Assembly: GCA_038087875.1 (NCBI GenBank)
Contig: JAXLNO010000645.1
Location: forward strand, 248,001 to 312,000
Length of the DNA stretch: 64,000 bases
Direction of reading: 5' to 3'
From: Malacoraja senta
Lineage: Eukaryota
The notes under the pieces were generated by a model. The model was not told the origin of the DNA. It did no database searches and saw only the letters and a program-made list of their open reading frames with translations. This document shows positions 1 through 11,611 of the stretch, piece after piece; the stretch's first letter is position 1, and the number at the start of each line of letters is the position of its first letter. Both the position numbers and the translations under genes were made by a program.

Positions 1-490
1 GGGGTCTGTGTTCTGTGAGCGGGGGTCTGTGTACTGTGTTCTGTGAGCGGGGGCTGTGTTCTGTGTTCTATGAGCGGGGACTGTGTTCTGTGTTCTGTGA
101 GCGGGGGGCTGTGTTCTGTGAGCGGGGGCTGTGTTCTGTGAGCGGGGGCTGTGTTCTGTGAGTGGGGTCTATGTTCTGTGAGCGGGTCTGTGGTCTGTGT
201 TCTGTGACCGGGGGCTGTGTTCTGTGTTCTATGAGCGGGGACTGTGTTCTGTGTTCTGTGAGCGAGGGCTGTGTTCTGTGAGCTGGGGCTGTGTTCTGTG
301 AGCAGGGGCTGTGTTCTGTGAGCGGGGTCTATGTTCTACGAGCGGGTCTGTGTTCTGTGAGCGGGGACTGTGTTCTGTGAGCGGGGGCTGTGTTCTGTGA
401 GCGGGACTGTTTTCTATATTCTGTGAGCGGGGGCTGTGTTCTGTGAGCGGGGACTGTGTTCTGTGTTCAGGGTCTGTGTTCTGTGAGCTG
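1..490. repeat. Minisatellite, ~20-bp unit TGTGTTCTGTGAGCGGGGGC with variants; runs off the window edge
   Basis: Directly visible tandem copies; the 229..498 ORF is only its translation. Confidence 0.95.
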
Positions 491-723
491 GGGCCCACAC
501 CACCCCTCCCCTACCCTACCACACACTCCCCCCCTCACCCACTCCCCTCCCACACATTACTCCACAATCCTCCCCTACCACACACACCACCCCTCTCCCA
601 AATACACCGCTTTCCACATGCACCCCCACCCCTACCCCACAATCCCCCACCCCCCGCCAATGAAGCCGTCCCCCTCCCCCGGCTACAGAACGCTCCCGTC
701 GTTGAGTTGGGGGAACAGGTGAG

Positions 724-793
724 TGGTGGATATTGCGTTGTAGGGCAGCCCTCCCGTGTGAACATGGGACCCAATGGGTTCCACTTAGTCTAG
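724..793 (+). mobile_element. Helitron-like 3' terminus (subterminal hairpin then CTAG)
   Basis: TGGGACCC-AAT-GGGTTCCA hairpin (765-783) followed by CTTAGT-CTAG (CTAG 790-793). About 70 bp are homologous to the reverse complement of 50038-50110. Confidence 0.55.
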
Positions 794-1017
794 CATGACA
801 AAACTCTCTTGACTCGTGACTTGATGACTGATTAGACTGCAAAATAATTCAACTACAAACAATTTGTAATAAAACCAGAGCATTCAGGAGATACCCAGCA
901 AGTCAGGCAGCATTTGTGAAGGATAAAACACAGCTCACATTTCAGGATGATCTTTCATCAACAAATATTATCAAACCTGCTGAGTATTTTCGATGATTAA
1001 CTATTGGAGTCACTTAC

Positions 1018-1291
1018 CACCCATGAGTACCCACTGACAGCAGCTTCTTTCTTCATTTGAAACCTCTCCTTCATAGGGTCCAAAATGAACGCCCCTGGGA
1101 ATAACCTTCCCTTCATTCAGAACGCCAAGACCAGCTTTACGAATTCTGGACGTGGCAATCCTGAGACCCTCTAGAAGAGTTAATCGTGTTCTAACTGGGT
1201 GATTGGAATCAACGACAGTGTCCTTCATAAAGACTGGTGGGCCATGCACAGGGCATTCTTCAATAAAAAAAATTCTCGCAGGGTTCACAAA
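1018..1291 (-). pseudogene. PRDM9: PRDM9/PRDM7-like exon: zinc knuckle plus N-terminal half of the PR/SET domain, frameshifted
   Basis: Reads CEPCENFF/IEECPVHGPPVFMKDTVVDSNHPVRTRLTLLEGLRIATSRIRKAGLGVLNEGKVIPRGVHFGPYEGEVSNEE/EAAVSGYSWV then a GTAAGT donor at 1017. This matches the PRDM9 exon CEMCQNFFIDSC..HGPP..GLHFGPYEG..EEAA..GYSWL. Frameshifts at the T8 run (1265-1272) and near 1048; no canonical AG at the expected acceptor. Confidence 0.85.
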
Positions 1292-1784
1292 AATTAAGAA
1301 CTGATCAGGGTTTTGGCATTACTGAAAGTGGCTGGACTTTGTACTGAAAATGCTCAATGATCCACAAAAGATGTTATCTTTTTAGAAGTATATCAGAAAA
1401 TCATATTACGATGATGCAGATGCTGTGCAGAAGATTACTCTTCTGAGGAAGCATTCAAAATGTGAGAGGTTAATAGTGGCCAATTTGTAAAGAATCCCTT
1501 CATGATGTTTGTCTGTCACCATGAATATCTTGGGGGTAAGATGCCGCTATTTAATTCCAAATGACAGCTGTGTTGACCTGTACTGATATTTATAAACATC
1601 AAGAGAAAAATCCTGACCACAGAGTATAATTTTAAATATAGTAATAACAAGCATGATGTAATGTAGAGAGTATGTTTGACGGTAACATGGGTACATGGTG
1701 TCAACTCCCAGAAATGTGTGTTGAAGGATAAAAGTCTATTATGTGAACTAATGAAGCATTTGTAACCAGGCAGATGAATTAAGA

Positions 1785-2842
1785 CCATAGACATAGACAA
1801 TAGGTGCAGGAGTAGGCCATTTGGCCCTTCGAGACATTCAATGTGATCAAGGGTGATCATCCACAATCACTACCCCGTTCCCGCCTTCTCCCCGTATCCT
1901 TTGACTCCACTAACGCTAAGAGCTCTATTTAACTCTCTCTTGAATGCATCCAGTGAATCGCCCGCCACTGCCTTCTGAGGAAGGGAATTCCATAAATTCA
2001 CAACTCTGGGTGAAAACATTTTTCCTCATCTCAGTTCTAAATAGCCTACCCCTTGTTTTTGAACTGTGACCCCCTGGTTGAGGACTCCCAAACATTCTCA
2101 AATTAGGAGAGCAAAATGGCACACAATACTCCAGGTGTGGTCTCACCAGGGACCTGTATAACTGCAGAAGGACCTCTTTGCCACTATACTCAAATCCTCT
2201 CAGCAGGAAACATGTTCGCGATGTTCGGGGAGTCCAGAACCAGGGGCACAGTTTAAACGTAAGGGGTAGGCCATTTAGAATGGAGATGAGGAAAAACTTT
2301 TTCACCCAGTGAGTTGTGAATCTAGAATTCTCTGCCTCAGAAGGCAGTGGCGGCCGAGTCTCTGGATGCTTTCAAGAGAGTTAGATAAAACTCTTAAAGA
2401 TAGCGAAGTTAAGGAATATGGGGAGAAGGCAGGAATGGGGTACTGATTGTGGATGATCAGCCATGATCACAGTGAATGGCGGTGCTGGCTCGAAGGGCCG
2501 AATGGCCCACTCCTGCACCTATTGTCTATTCCTATGAAGGTCAACATGCTATTAGCTTTCTTCACTGCCTGCTGTACCTGCATACTTACTTTCAATGACT
2601 GGTGTACAAGGACACCCAGGTCTCATTGCACTTCCCCTTTTCCTAATCTGACACCATTCAGATAATAATCTGCCTTCTTGTTCTTGCGACCAAAGTGGAT
2701 AACCTCACATTTATCTACATTAAACTGCATCTGCCACGTATCTGCCCACTCACCCACCTTATCCAAGTCACCTTGCAGCCTCGCAGCTTCCCCTTCACAG
2801 TTCACATTGCCACCCAGCTTTGCGTCATCTGCAAATTTGCTA
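1785..2842. mobile_element. Cluster of CR1-type LINE fragments in alternating orientation
   Basis: ORF2 motifs (LYRSLVRPHLEYC, SKFADDAKLGG, MQFNVDKCEVIHFG) and the conserved 3' UTR ending GGCCTACTCCTGCACCTATTGTCTAT. Confidence 0.9.
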
Positions 2843-3143
2843 AAGCCCCTGTCCCACTGTACGAGGTAATTCATGAGTTCTCCCGAGTTTTCCCCTGATT
2901 CGAACTCGGAGAATGTCCGTAGCGGGTCCGTAGGAGTTCGTAGATGTCGTATAGCGGCTTGTAATGTTAACGGTAGGTATAAAAAGTTACAATTTTTTTC
3001 ATCATGTGTATTTTTTTACTCGTGGCCATTTTTTACAGGGATGAAAAAACGTCATGAGTTACCGGATGTCCTGAGTACTTACCGTTAGCAATACGAGCCG
3101 CTACGAGACATCCACGAACTACTACGGACCCGCTACGGACATT
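2843..3143. mobile_element. Palindromic MITE-like insert, right end apparently truncated
   Basis: Imperfect ~67-bp inverted repeat: 2912-2979 (AATGTCCGTAGCGGGTCCGTAG...) versus 3077-3143 (...CTACGGACCCGCTACGGACATT). Begins AAGCCCCTGTCCCAC; superfamily uncertain. Confidence 0.55.
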
Positions 3144-4238
3144 TGCTATGAGAATCCAGGGTGACTTGGGCAGGTTGGGACAGTGGGCAGATGAAAGGGT
3201 CCCTTTCAGAATGGCAGGCTGTGACTAGTGGGGTACGGCAAGGCTCCGTGCTGGGACCGCAGCTATTTACAATATACAGCAATGATTTGGATGAAGGGAT
3301 TCAAAGTAACATTAGCAAATTTGCAGATGACACAAAGCTGGGTGGCAGTGTGAACTGTGAGGATGGTGCTATGAGCGTGCAGGGTGACTTGGACAGGTTG
3401 GGGGAGTGGGCAGATGCATGGCAGATGAAGTTTAATGTGGATAAATGTGAGGTTATCCGCTTTGGTAGCAAAAACACGAAGGCATGTTACTATCTAAATG
3501 GCGTCAAGTTGGGAAAAGGGGAAGTACAACGGGATCTGGGGGGTCCCTGTTCATCGGTCAATGAAAGTAAGCATGCAGGTACAGCAGGCAGTGAATAGAG
3601 CGAATGGCATGTTGGCCTTTATAACAAGAGGCATCGAATATAGCAGCAAAGAGGTCATTCTGCAGTTGTACAGAGCCCTAGTGAGACCACACCTGGAGTA
3701 TTGTGTGCAGTTTTGGTCCCCTAATTTGAGGAAGGACATTCTTGCTATTGAGGGAGTGCAATGTAGGTTCACCAGGTTAATTTCCGGGATGGCGGGACTG
3801 CTGTATGCTGAGAGAATGGAGCAGCTGGGCTTGTACACTCTGGAGATTAGAAGGATGAGAGGGAATCTTATTGAAACATATAAGATTGTTAAGGGTTTGG
3901 ACACGCTAGAGGCAGGAAACATGTTCCCGATGTTGGGGGCGTCCAGAACCAGGGGCCACAGTTTAAGAATAAGGAGTAAGCCATTTAGAACGGAGACGAG
4001 GAAACACCTTTTTCTCACAGAGAGTGGTGAGTCTGTGGAATTCTCTGCCTCAGAGGGCGGTGGAGGCAGGTTCTCTGGATACTTTCAAGAGAGACCTAGA
4101 TAGGGCTCTTAAATATAGCGGAGTCAGGGGATATGGGGAGAGTGGCAGGAACGGGGTACTGATTGGGGATGAGCAGCCACGATCACATTGAATGGAAGGA
4201 AGGGCCGAATGACCTACTCCTGCACTTATTGTCTATTG
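3144..4238 (+). mobile_element. CR1-type LINE, 5'-truncated (RT C-terminus and 3' UTR)
   Basis: VTSGVRQGSVLGPQLFTIY, FADDTKLGG, LYRALVRPHLEYCVQFWSP, RTRGHSLRI; frameshifted. Confidence 0.95.
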
Positions 4239-4385
4239 TTGGGGGTTCAGTGTGACTGGGTGTCCTGTGGGAGGGTGTGTTCAGAACAGAGGTGTGGAGG
4301 AGATGGAGGAGGCAGAGGGGATGGGTGACTTTGCTTCAGTTGACCAGGTGGAGGAAGGGAGTCTGTGGATCCCCGGAGCATGTAC

Positions 4386-4468
4386 CTGGACATCGATCAA
4401 GGAGATGGCCTTTGTTAGCTGGTACCAGGCTGTGCCCAACCACCAGTACACCAGGGGCAGAGATTTTT
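4386..4468 (-). pseudogene. SUN2: SUN2-like exon (hydrophobic YWWxGTxWY segment)
   Basis: ctctttcag acceptor; (E)KSLPLVYWWLGTAWYQLTKAISLIDVQ resembles human SUN2 RLFRLLYWWAGTTWYRLTTAASLLDV; candidate donor GTACAT at 4385. Confidence 0.8.
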
Positions 4469-5796
4469 CTGAAAGAGACAGCAACACAACATTAGACAGC
4501 GTTGGGCTCGATGCTTCCCATCAGTGGAAGCGGAGAGAGCTCAGACTCTCCAACACGGAACCCACTGATACTGTGGAACCACGTCAGGCTGAGAGACCTT
4601 CTTCCCTGCAGGGACCACCACAGAAAGTCCACCGCAAGGTGGTGGCAGGAGAACCCAGGGGAGCTGTATGGAACCCGAGAAAAAAATAAGTTGCAAGGAT
4701 ATCAACGGGACAACAGCATTGATGGCAGTACTGCTGAGGCCACGAGGGGCCGAATGGCCTCCTTTTGTATCCAGACTAAATAAACGGGAGATTGTCAATG
4801 ACACTTCCACCGAGCAGGGAGTATCACCTTTCAACACAGAGAGAGATTGCCTGGTTGTGGATGGATAGCTGCCCCCTCTGTCCCAGTCAATCTTAACCCA
4901 CAACCAACATGGGCAAAGATAGACACAAAAAGCTGGAGTAACTCAGCAGGACAGGCATCATCTCTGGAGAAAAGGAATAGGTGATGTTTCGGGTCGAGAC
5001 CGTTCTTCAGACTGAGAGTCAGGGGAAAGGGAAACAAGCGATATAGACGGTGATGTAGAGATATGGAACAAATGAATGAACGATATGCAAAAAATTAACG
5101 ATGATGAAGGAAAGGATCCATTGTTCGTTGGCTGTGGGCTCGGTGTTAACGAATTATACAGACAATGAAACTCACCAGGATGACAGTGAAACTAGTACAA
5201 TGACTAAGGAGGGGGGGGGACGGAGAGAGAGGGTTACTTGAAGTTAGAGAAATCTAGATTTATTGAACGTGGGCACGTATGCTGATCACCACTATGCTGT
5301 GCGCGAGCTTGGCCACGGTCTACCACCTTACACTACATTTCAAAAGTGTCCTTGGTGCCATACAGCTGGGGAAATCTAAAGGAGATCCTATTCTTTCATC
5401 ACCCCAGTGACCCTGGGATACAAACCAGGCCTCCCTTAGGTGTTACAACATGATTTCAGTCGGGATCGAGTAACCGAGCATTGACAGTCAGTCGTCTCTT
5501 GACTCTATGGTCCTCTGGGCAACTCACCACTCATCTCAGTGAGTGCCCCAGTCAGGCTGAGGGAACACACTGGAGTACCAAGCTGGAAGGCGGCTTCCTC
5601 CCGCACTGACTGTGGTCCTAGGCTGCACGAACAACAGAGCGCTGGGGTCCAGGCCTTGTGCAATCCCTGGGAGTTTAAGGAGGGAGCAGCGGGCTCTACC
5701 TCACCACTGGGTCCAGTATCAGCAGGGCACTGGTTGACTGGAGCAGAGTTTTGGGGGCATGGACCACGGAAGAGGGAAGATTAGTAATGCAGGTAC

Positions 5797-5865
5797 CTGG
5801 AGACAGCAGCGAGATCCAGCCCCACAGCTTGGCAAGGGGAGAGACCGATTCAGAGTACGCCAAAC
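5797..5865 (-). pseudogene. SUN2: SUN2-like 69-bp phase 1-1 exon
   Basis: Polypyrimidine+CAG acceptor, GTACC donor. (G)LAYSESVSPLAKLWGWISLLSP splices in frame into the 4386-4468 exon, as SUN2 ..LWMVATSPG precedes the YWW exon. Confidence 0.65.
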
Positions 5866-7198
5866 CTGGGGGGTGGGAAAGAAGAGCAAGTTGTCAACAA
5901 CGCAAACTTCTCTCTCAAGGTTTACAATGTTCAAAGGGCCACGTGGCCCAATGTTTGTGCTGCTGTTCACAAAAGCATCATGCAACTGATCGGCCCACGG
6001 CTCAACTGTTAGTGTGCGGGGATCGCTGATCGGTGCAGACTCGGTTGGCCGAAGGGCCTGTTTCCATGCTGTATCTCTAAACTAAACTAAAGGAAGGATG
6101 TCAAAAGCCTAAGATAGACACAAAGTTCTGGAGTAATTCAGCGGGTCAGGCAGCATCTCTGTCTGAAAAAGGATGGGTGACGTTTTGGGTCGGGACCCTT
6201 CGTCAAGACTTCAAGCCTAAGAATTGATTTCGACAGTGTCTAGAATTACAGTAAAGAGTAATTTGGAAAAGTTAGGAGTCCTCTCAGAACAGAGAAGGTA
6301 AAAGAGATGACCTATCAAACGTTGAAGTTTGTCGCAGGGTTCTACACGAGAAAGGTTTTGCTATTGAGGGATCAATAAACAGAGGTCACAGATTCAATAC
6401 TGACAGGATCCAGAATATTCTCTCCAAAACGCTGCAGGAAGTGGATTCATTAATGATTTTTAAGTGGATGGATACACAGTGTGTTGCTGCTGATACAACC
6501 TGAAGATTACAATGGAACGATGCTCTTTAGTAGAAGCTGCATCACTTTCCACACCTTGGTGAACAGGCGCTATGCAGGGGGAGGTTGTGGCGTCAAATGG
6601 CAGCAGCCTATTTTTTGTGTTTGTTTTTTTGTGTGTACACGTGTGTGTGCGTGTGTGTGAATGAATGGTGATTAGCTGCCCCAAATAACAGCTCAGTTCC
6701 CCTGATGTAACCCAGCATCTGGGAAATCTACAATCCTGTACAACACGTTCAGCTCCTGCCCAGTGTCAGTCCACGGCCCACTCACCCACCCACAGCCCAC
6801 CTCACTAACAGCCCCTCACCTGCCCCAGTAACGGGAGAGTTGAGGACTAGAGTTCATAGCATCAAAATTAAACAATACTCCTTTTGGAAGGAGATAAGGA
6901 GGAATGTCTTTAGTCAGAGGGTGGTGAATCTTTGCCACAGAAGCGTGTGGAGGGTAATCAGTGGATATTTTTAATGCAAGATAGATAGATTTTACTTCGG
7001 AGTCACGTGAGTGACGACGTGAAGAACCCCGCCAGTGCGCCTGCGCGTCATTACGTCAGACGCCTTGACGCAAACGGACGTGAGGAGCAGAGCTCCTCGA
7101 GTGGATTTGTAGTTTTTCAACTACAAGGTAAGTAAAAAAAAATCAGGTTTTCCAGGTCCGTTTACTGTGGGTCTATGGGGATTTTTTCCACAGACGCC

Positions 7199-8480
7199 AT
7201 GGGAAAAAACGGACAGGGGGAAGAGGCGAGCGACACAGCCGACAGAAGTCGGGAAAGTCGGGAGTCCGCGGTTAGAGACCAACCGCCTCTAAACCCCGGT
7301 ACAGTCGCCAGCGGTGAGCATAGCGACTGTGGACCTGGGGCTGGTGAAAGCACTGTCAGCGCCTGTCGGGCAAAAGACACAGTTTAAATCCCAACGGCCC
7401 ACGGAGGGAATCCCAGGCAATGTAAGTAGCTCCAGGGCTAGATACTGCTTTCGAGCATATTGCCCAAATAGAAAGCCTTTTACATAGGCTGTTGGAGCAA
7501 AGTTCACTCAGGGAGGAGTGTACTGAAAGCAAGCTGCTGGAAACAGCTCAAACAGCTCCTGGTACTGGGCTAGATACTGCTTTCGAGCATGTTGCCCAAA
7601 TAGAAAGCCTTTTACATAGGCTGTTGGAGCAAAGTTCACTCAGGAAGGAGTGTACTGTAATCCAAGCTGCAGGAGCAGCTTAACAGCACCTGGCTCAGGG
7701 CTGATGGAATGCACCCTCAGGAATGAGGAGCGTGCTACGGGTCATGAGATTTCAGACCCCGACTCTGACGGTGAGGCTGTACAAGGCGATGAACGGCAGC
7801 TGCCAGATGTTCCACTCCTGGCAGTAGGATTCGCTGCCCCGTCAGGGTCAGGAGAGCCATTAGGAGAAGAACTGGCCTCCTTAATAAATTACTTGGTTTA
7901 CCATTAGCTGGAACAGCAGGAAATGGATGAGACTGCAAGAAGTAACTGTGGGCAGCAGTGAATCAAATTATCTGGAATCAGTTGCAGAGAATATTAAAGC
8001 TGCTGGGTTCTGGAATAACTGCTTTTGCCAGAATAGCAGAAAAAAGCCAAGAGATGACGGAGTTGCATCAGGAAACACTGGGGTTGCTATGCAGCACCCA
8101 CTTCGAGACAATTGTCTGAGGAAAAGTGTGATACGGCCTACTATGAATCCAAAATTCGCAGCACTCTGCAAACCAAGTAATATACAATTACCCAACTTAC
8201 TCTTTGGAGAGGATCTCGGGAGACATATTAAAGAGTTGGAAGATGAAGCGAAAACAGGATTGATGAAGACATCAATGGTTGTGAAGTCTGTAAAGAGGAA
8301 GTATCCTTTCAGACGTCATACGGATCCTGGACCAAGTCGCTCATCAACGCAGGGACGTAGTTGGCGGCCTGCAGCGGGAGCAAGAACCAGTGGGCGTGCT
8401 TCCGGGAGAACCCAGGAATCTCAGGGTACTCAAATGACTCAAGAGGTAGCTGGACCTGGTTCTCATGGGAACATACTAAC
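7199..8480 (+). pseudogene. DIRS gag-like ORF, disrupted
   Basis: gccATGg at 7199; fragments such as LRKSVIRPTMNPKFAALC..LLFGEDL are typical of DIRS ORF1; several stops and frameshifts; internal ~90-bp duplication (7435-7525 / 7567-7657). Confidence 0.7.
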
Positions 8481-10362
8481 TGGATTAAGTCCAAAAGTTG
8501 GAGGCAGGTTACATTTCTTTTATAATAATTGGAAGAAAATTACTTCAGAATGTGGTAATCCTGAATCATATACAAGGATTTTGAATTGAATTCAATCCAA
8601 ATTATGATTTGCCTGTTCAGCATGTTCCTAGCCGAACTCTGCACTTTGTACAAAAAGAAGTGATGGAGGTTCAGGTTGCACTTGAAACCCTATATAAAAA
8701 AGGGGTTATTGGAAAAAATCAGTCTACCAAAGTCACCAATTTGTGTGAAATATATTCCCTCGATCAAAAAAGGATGGAGGATGTAGGATTATTCTAGATT
8801 TGACAAATCTGAATCCTTTTGTGCCATTTAGACATTTTAAAATGGAAACATTTGTGACTGCCAAACAGCTTATTTCAGAAGCATGTTATATGGCAACTAT
8901 AGACTTGAAAGATGCATATTATTCAGTGTCTGTTCATTCAGAAGATAGGAAGTATCTTAAATTTAAATGGTTCAACCAGTTGTGGCAGTTCAAAGCTCTG
9001 CCTAATGGGTTAACATCTGCACCCAGAATATTCACAAAATTGTTAAAACCAATTCTGGGTTTGCTGAGAAGCCAGGGGCATGTACTCATGGCATATTTGG
9101 ATGATGTCTTGATGATAGGAAAGACAAAACAGTCAACAGAAGCATCTGTTGCAGTTGTGAAATCAACTTTTGAAAAATTTGGGGTTTCTAATTCATCCAA
9201 AGAAATCTAGGTTAACACCATGTACCTCTATTAATTATTTGGGGTTTACAATTGATTCAGTCCAAATGAATATTACTTTGCCCAGGGAAAAAAGGGTGGA
9301 ATTGATTAAAGATTGTAGTAATCTCCTAAACGAGCAAAAACCCTCAATTAGACAGGTGGCTCGTGTACTGGGAAAATTAGTAGCAGCATTCCAGCAGTTC
9401 AATTTGGACCATTACATTATCAACAGCTGCAGAGAATTAAAGAACAGGCGCTGAGAAAGCATGTTGGTCATTTTTGATAGAACCATGCAACTAACAACAA
9501 ATGCAGTTTCTGATCTGCAGTGGTGGATTCTACATGTCTCAAGCAGTTCCAGCAAAGTGCTGATTGAACAACCTTCCATGATATTACAAACTGATGTCAG
9601 TGCACTAGGATGGGGTGCAACTGACTTAACATCTAGCTGCGGAGGCAGATGGAATCAGGAAGAGTCATTGTTACTGCAGACATGGGGAATTAACTATTTG
9701 GAGCTTCTAGGATGTTTCTATGGGCTCCAAGCTTACTGTTCTAACACAACTAATAAGCATGTTCAAGTTCAAATTGATAACACAACAGCAGTTGCCTATA
9801 TTATTCATATGGGTGGAATCAAGTCGGTGTCGTGTGACAAAATGGCTAATCAAATTTGGTCTTGGTGTATTGAAAAGAATATTTGGATTTCACCTATCCA
9901 TCTAACAGGTAGAATGAATACGATAGCAGACACCAGGTCACGAAAGTTCCATGATAATAAAGAATGGTTGTTGAATGAAGAGGTATTCAATGATATAGTA
10001 ACCAGATTTGGAATGACCGACATGGACTTGAATCATCAGCTATCGAGATATGTCTCATGGAAACCAGATCCAGGAGCAGTGGCGATTGATGCTTTCTCGC
10101 TACATTGGGGTGGTATGTTTTCATATATATTTCCACCTTTCTGCCACATAAGCCAATGTTTGCTTAAAATCAGGCAAGATGCTGCTTCAAGGGTATTGGT
10201 AGTACCAGATTGGCCTATACAGCCATGGTATCTGTTGATATTAGAATTAACAACACAAATGTTGATGAAAGTCCCAAAAAGGAGTAATTTATTGTTGTAC
10301 TCTGTAACAGGGTAACAACATCCATTATACCATCGTTTGAATTTGTTGATTTGCAGGTTTTA
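8481..10362 (+). pseudogene. DIRS reverse transcriptase - RNase H - adenine-methyltransferase-like ORF, disrupted
   Basis: VGGRL, HFKMET, IDLKDAY, LPNGLTSAPRIFTK, AYLDD (RT); LQTD, INYLEL, QIDNTTAVAYI, NTIAD (RNase H); DAFSLHW..YIFPPF..LVVPDWP.QPWY (MT-like). Broken into at least four ORF pieces. Confidence 0.92.
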
Positions 10363-10365
10363 AGA

Positions 10366-11329
10366 ATGCCTTTTCTGGGACGAGGACTGCCTGAGCATAC
10401 TGTGGACATGCTTACGGTAGCCGGGAGGAAGAGCACTCAAAAACAGTACCTTTCTTATATTAAGAAATGGGAAGAGTTCTGTGTACAAAAGAATGTGCAA
10501 TAAAGTACTGCAGATATTTCAAATGTTTAGAATTTCTGTCAAAACTTTATTATGATGAAGGTCTGAGTTGTAATGCAATTAATTCAGCCAGAAGTGCATT
10601 GTCCTCATATTTGGTTCTGGATTCAGAAAGAAACTCAATTGGGTCACACCCAATTGTTTCCAGACTAATGAAAGGAATCTTTAATTCCAAACCACCGAAA
10701 CCTAGGTACGTGACAATCTGGGATGTAAGTGTGGTACTGAAACTACTTCGTGAATGGTCATCAAGTGTGTCTTTACCTTTGGTCAAGCTCAGTATGAAAG
10801 TATTCATGCTTATGGCATGAGTGACAGCACAACGAGTGCAAACACTTGGAAAATTACAAAAAGACAGTATGGAAGTAACTGAAGACAATGTTACATTCTA
10901 TATGTATGACCTACTAAAGTAAATTAGGCCAGGTATGACAGGATTTAAAATTATGCTAGCAGCATATCCAAATGATCCATGTCTCTGTATTAAGACATAT
11001 TTATTAAAATACATTGAGGTCACAAAGAATTTGAGAATACGGAAACTGGGTTGTTGATCACACACAAGAACCCACACAAGAGAGTTTCAATACAGACTAT
11101 TTCCAGATGGATAAAAGAAGTCTTAACAGCTGCTGGTTTTAACACTTATGTTTTTACGTCTCACTCGGCTAGCGCAGCAGAAACGTCGGCGGCCAGGGCA
11201 AAAGACGGCCCCGTCGACCATATCCTCGCAGCCGCCGGGTGGTCCAATGAGTTGATGTTTCAACATTTTTACCATCGGCCTACTGTTAATGCGGGGTTGT
11301 TTGCAGAAACTATTTTAAGTTCTGTGTAA
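10366..11329 (+). pseudogene. DIRS tyrosine recombinase ORF, disrupted
   Basis: SARSALS, HPIVSRLMKGIFNSKPPKPRY..WDV, TAQRVQTL, ISRWIK, HSASAA (HSTR-type motif altered), AGWS..F.HFY; in-frame stops at 10818-10820 and ~10920. Confidence 0.9.
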
Positions 11330-11497
11330 ATTCCTCTGGTTTACAGGGGATCTGATTCATTTCATTATTGAAATGAATTACTGCATTTGTGGTACAAATG
11401 TTATTATGAATGCATGATTGATTATTCTCGTTCCGAGTCAATCTATGCAGTGAGAAGCCGGGATTGATCCACGGCATGAAATCACAAAGCTTTAAAA

Positions 11498-11611
11498 TCT
11501 TCACGTAGTCACTCACGTGACTCCGAAGTAAAATAGTAAGATTAAACGAGAACTTACCTAAGTTTGAAGTTTGATCTTTATTTTATGAGGAGTTACGTAG
11601 GTGATTACGTG
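11498..11611. repeat. DIRS internal complementary region (ICR)
   Basis: The left part is the reverse complement of 6989-7025 (1 mismatch); the right part is the exact reverse complement of 11764-11843. The junction reconstructs the circle junction CTTACT-ATT-TTAC. Confidence 0.97.

Noticed and set aside
10020..10240. Adenine methyltransferase-like motif as a horizontally acquired prokaryotic gene
   Set aside because: An MT-like domain after RNase H is a known part of DIRS1-group elements.
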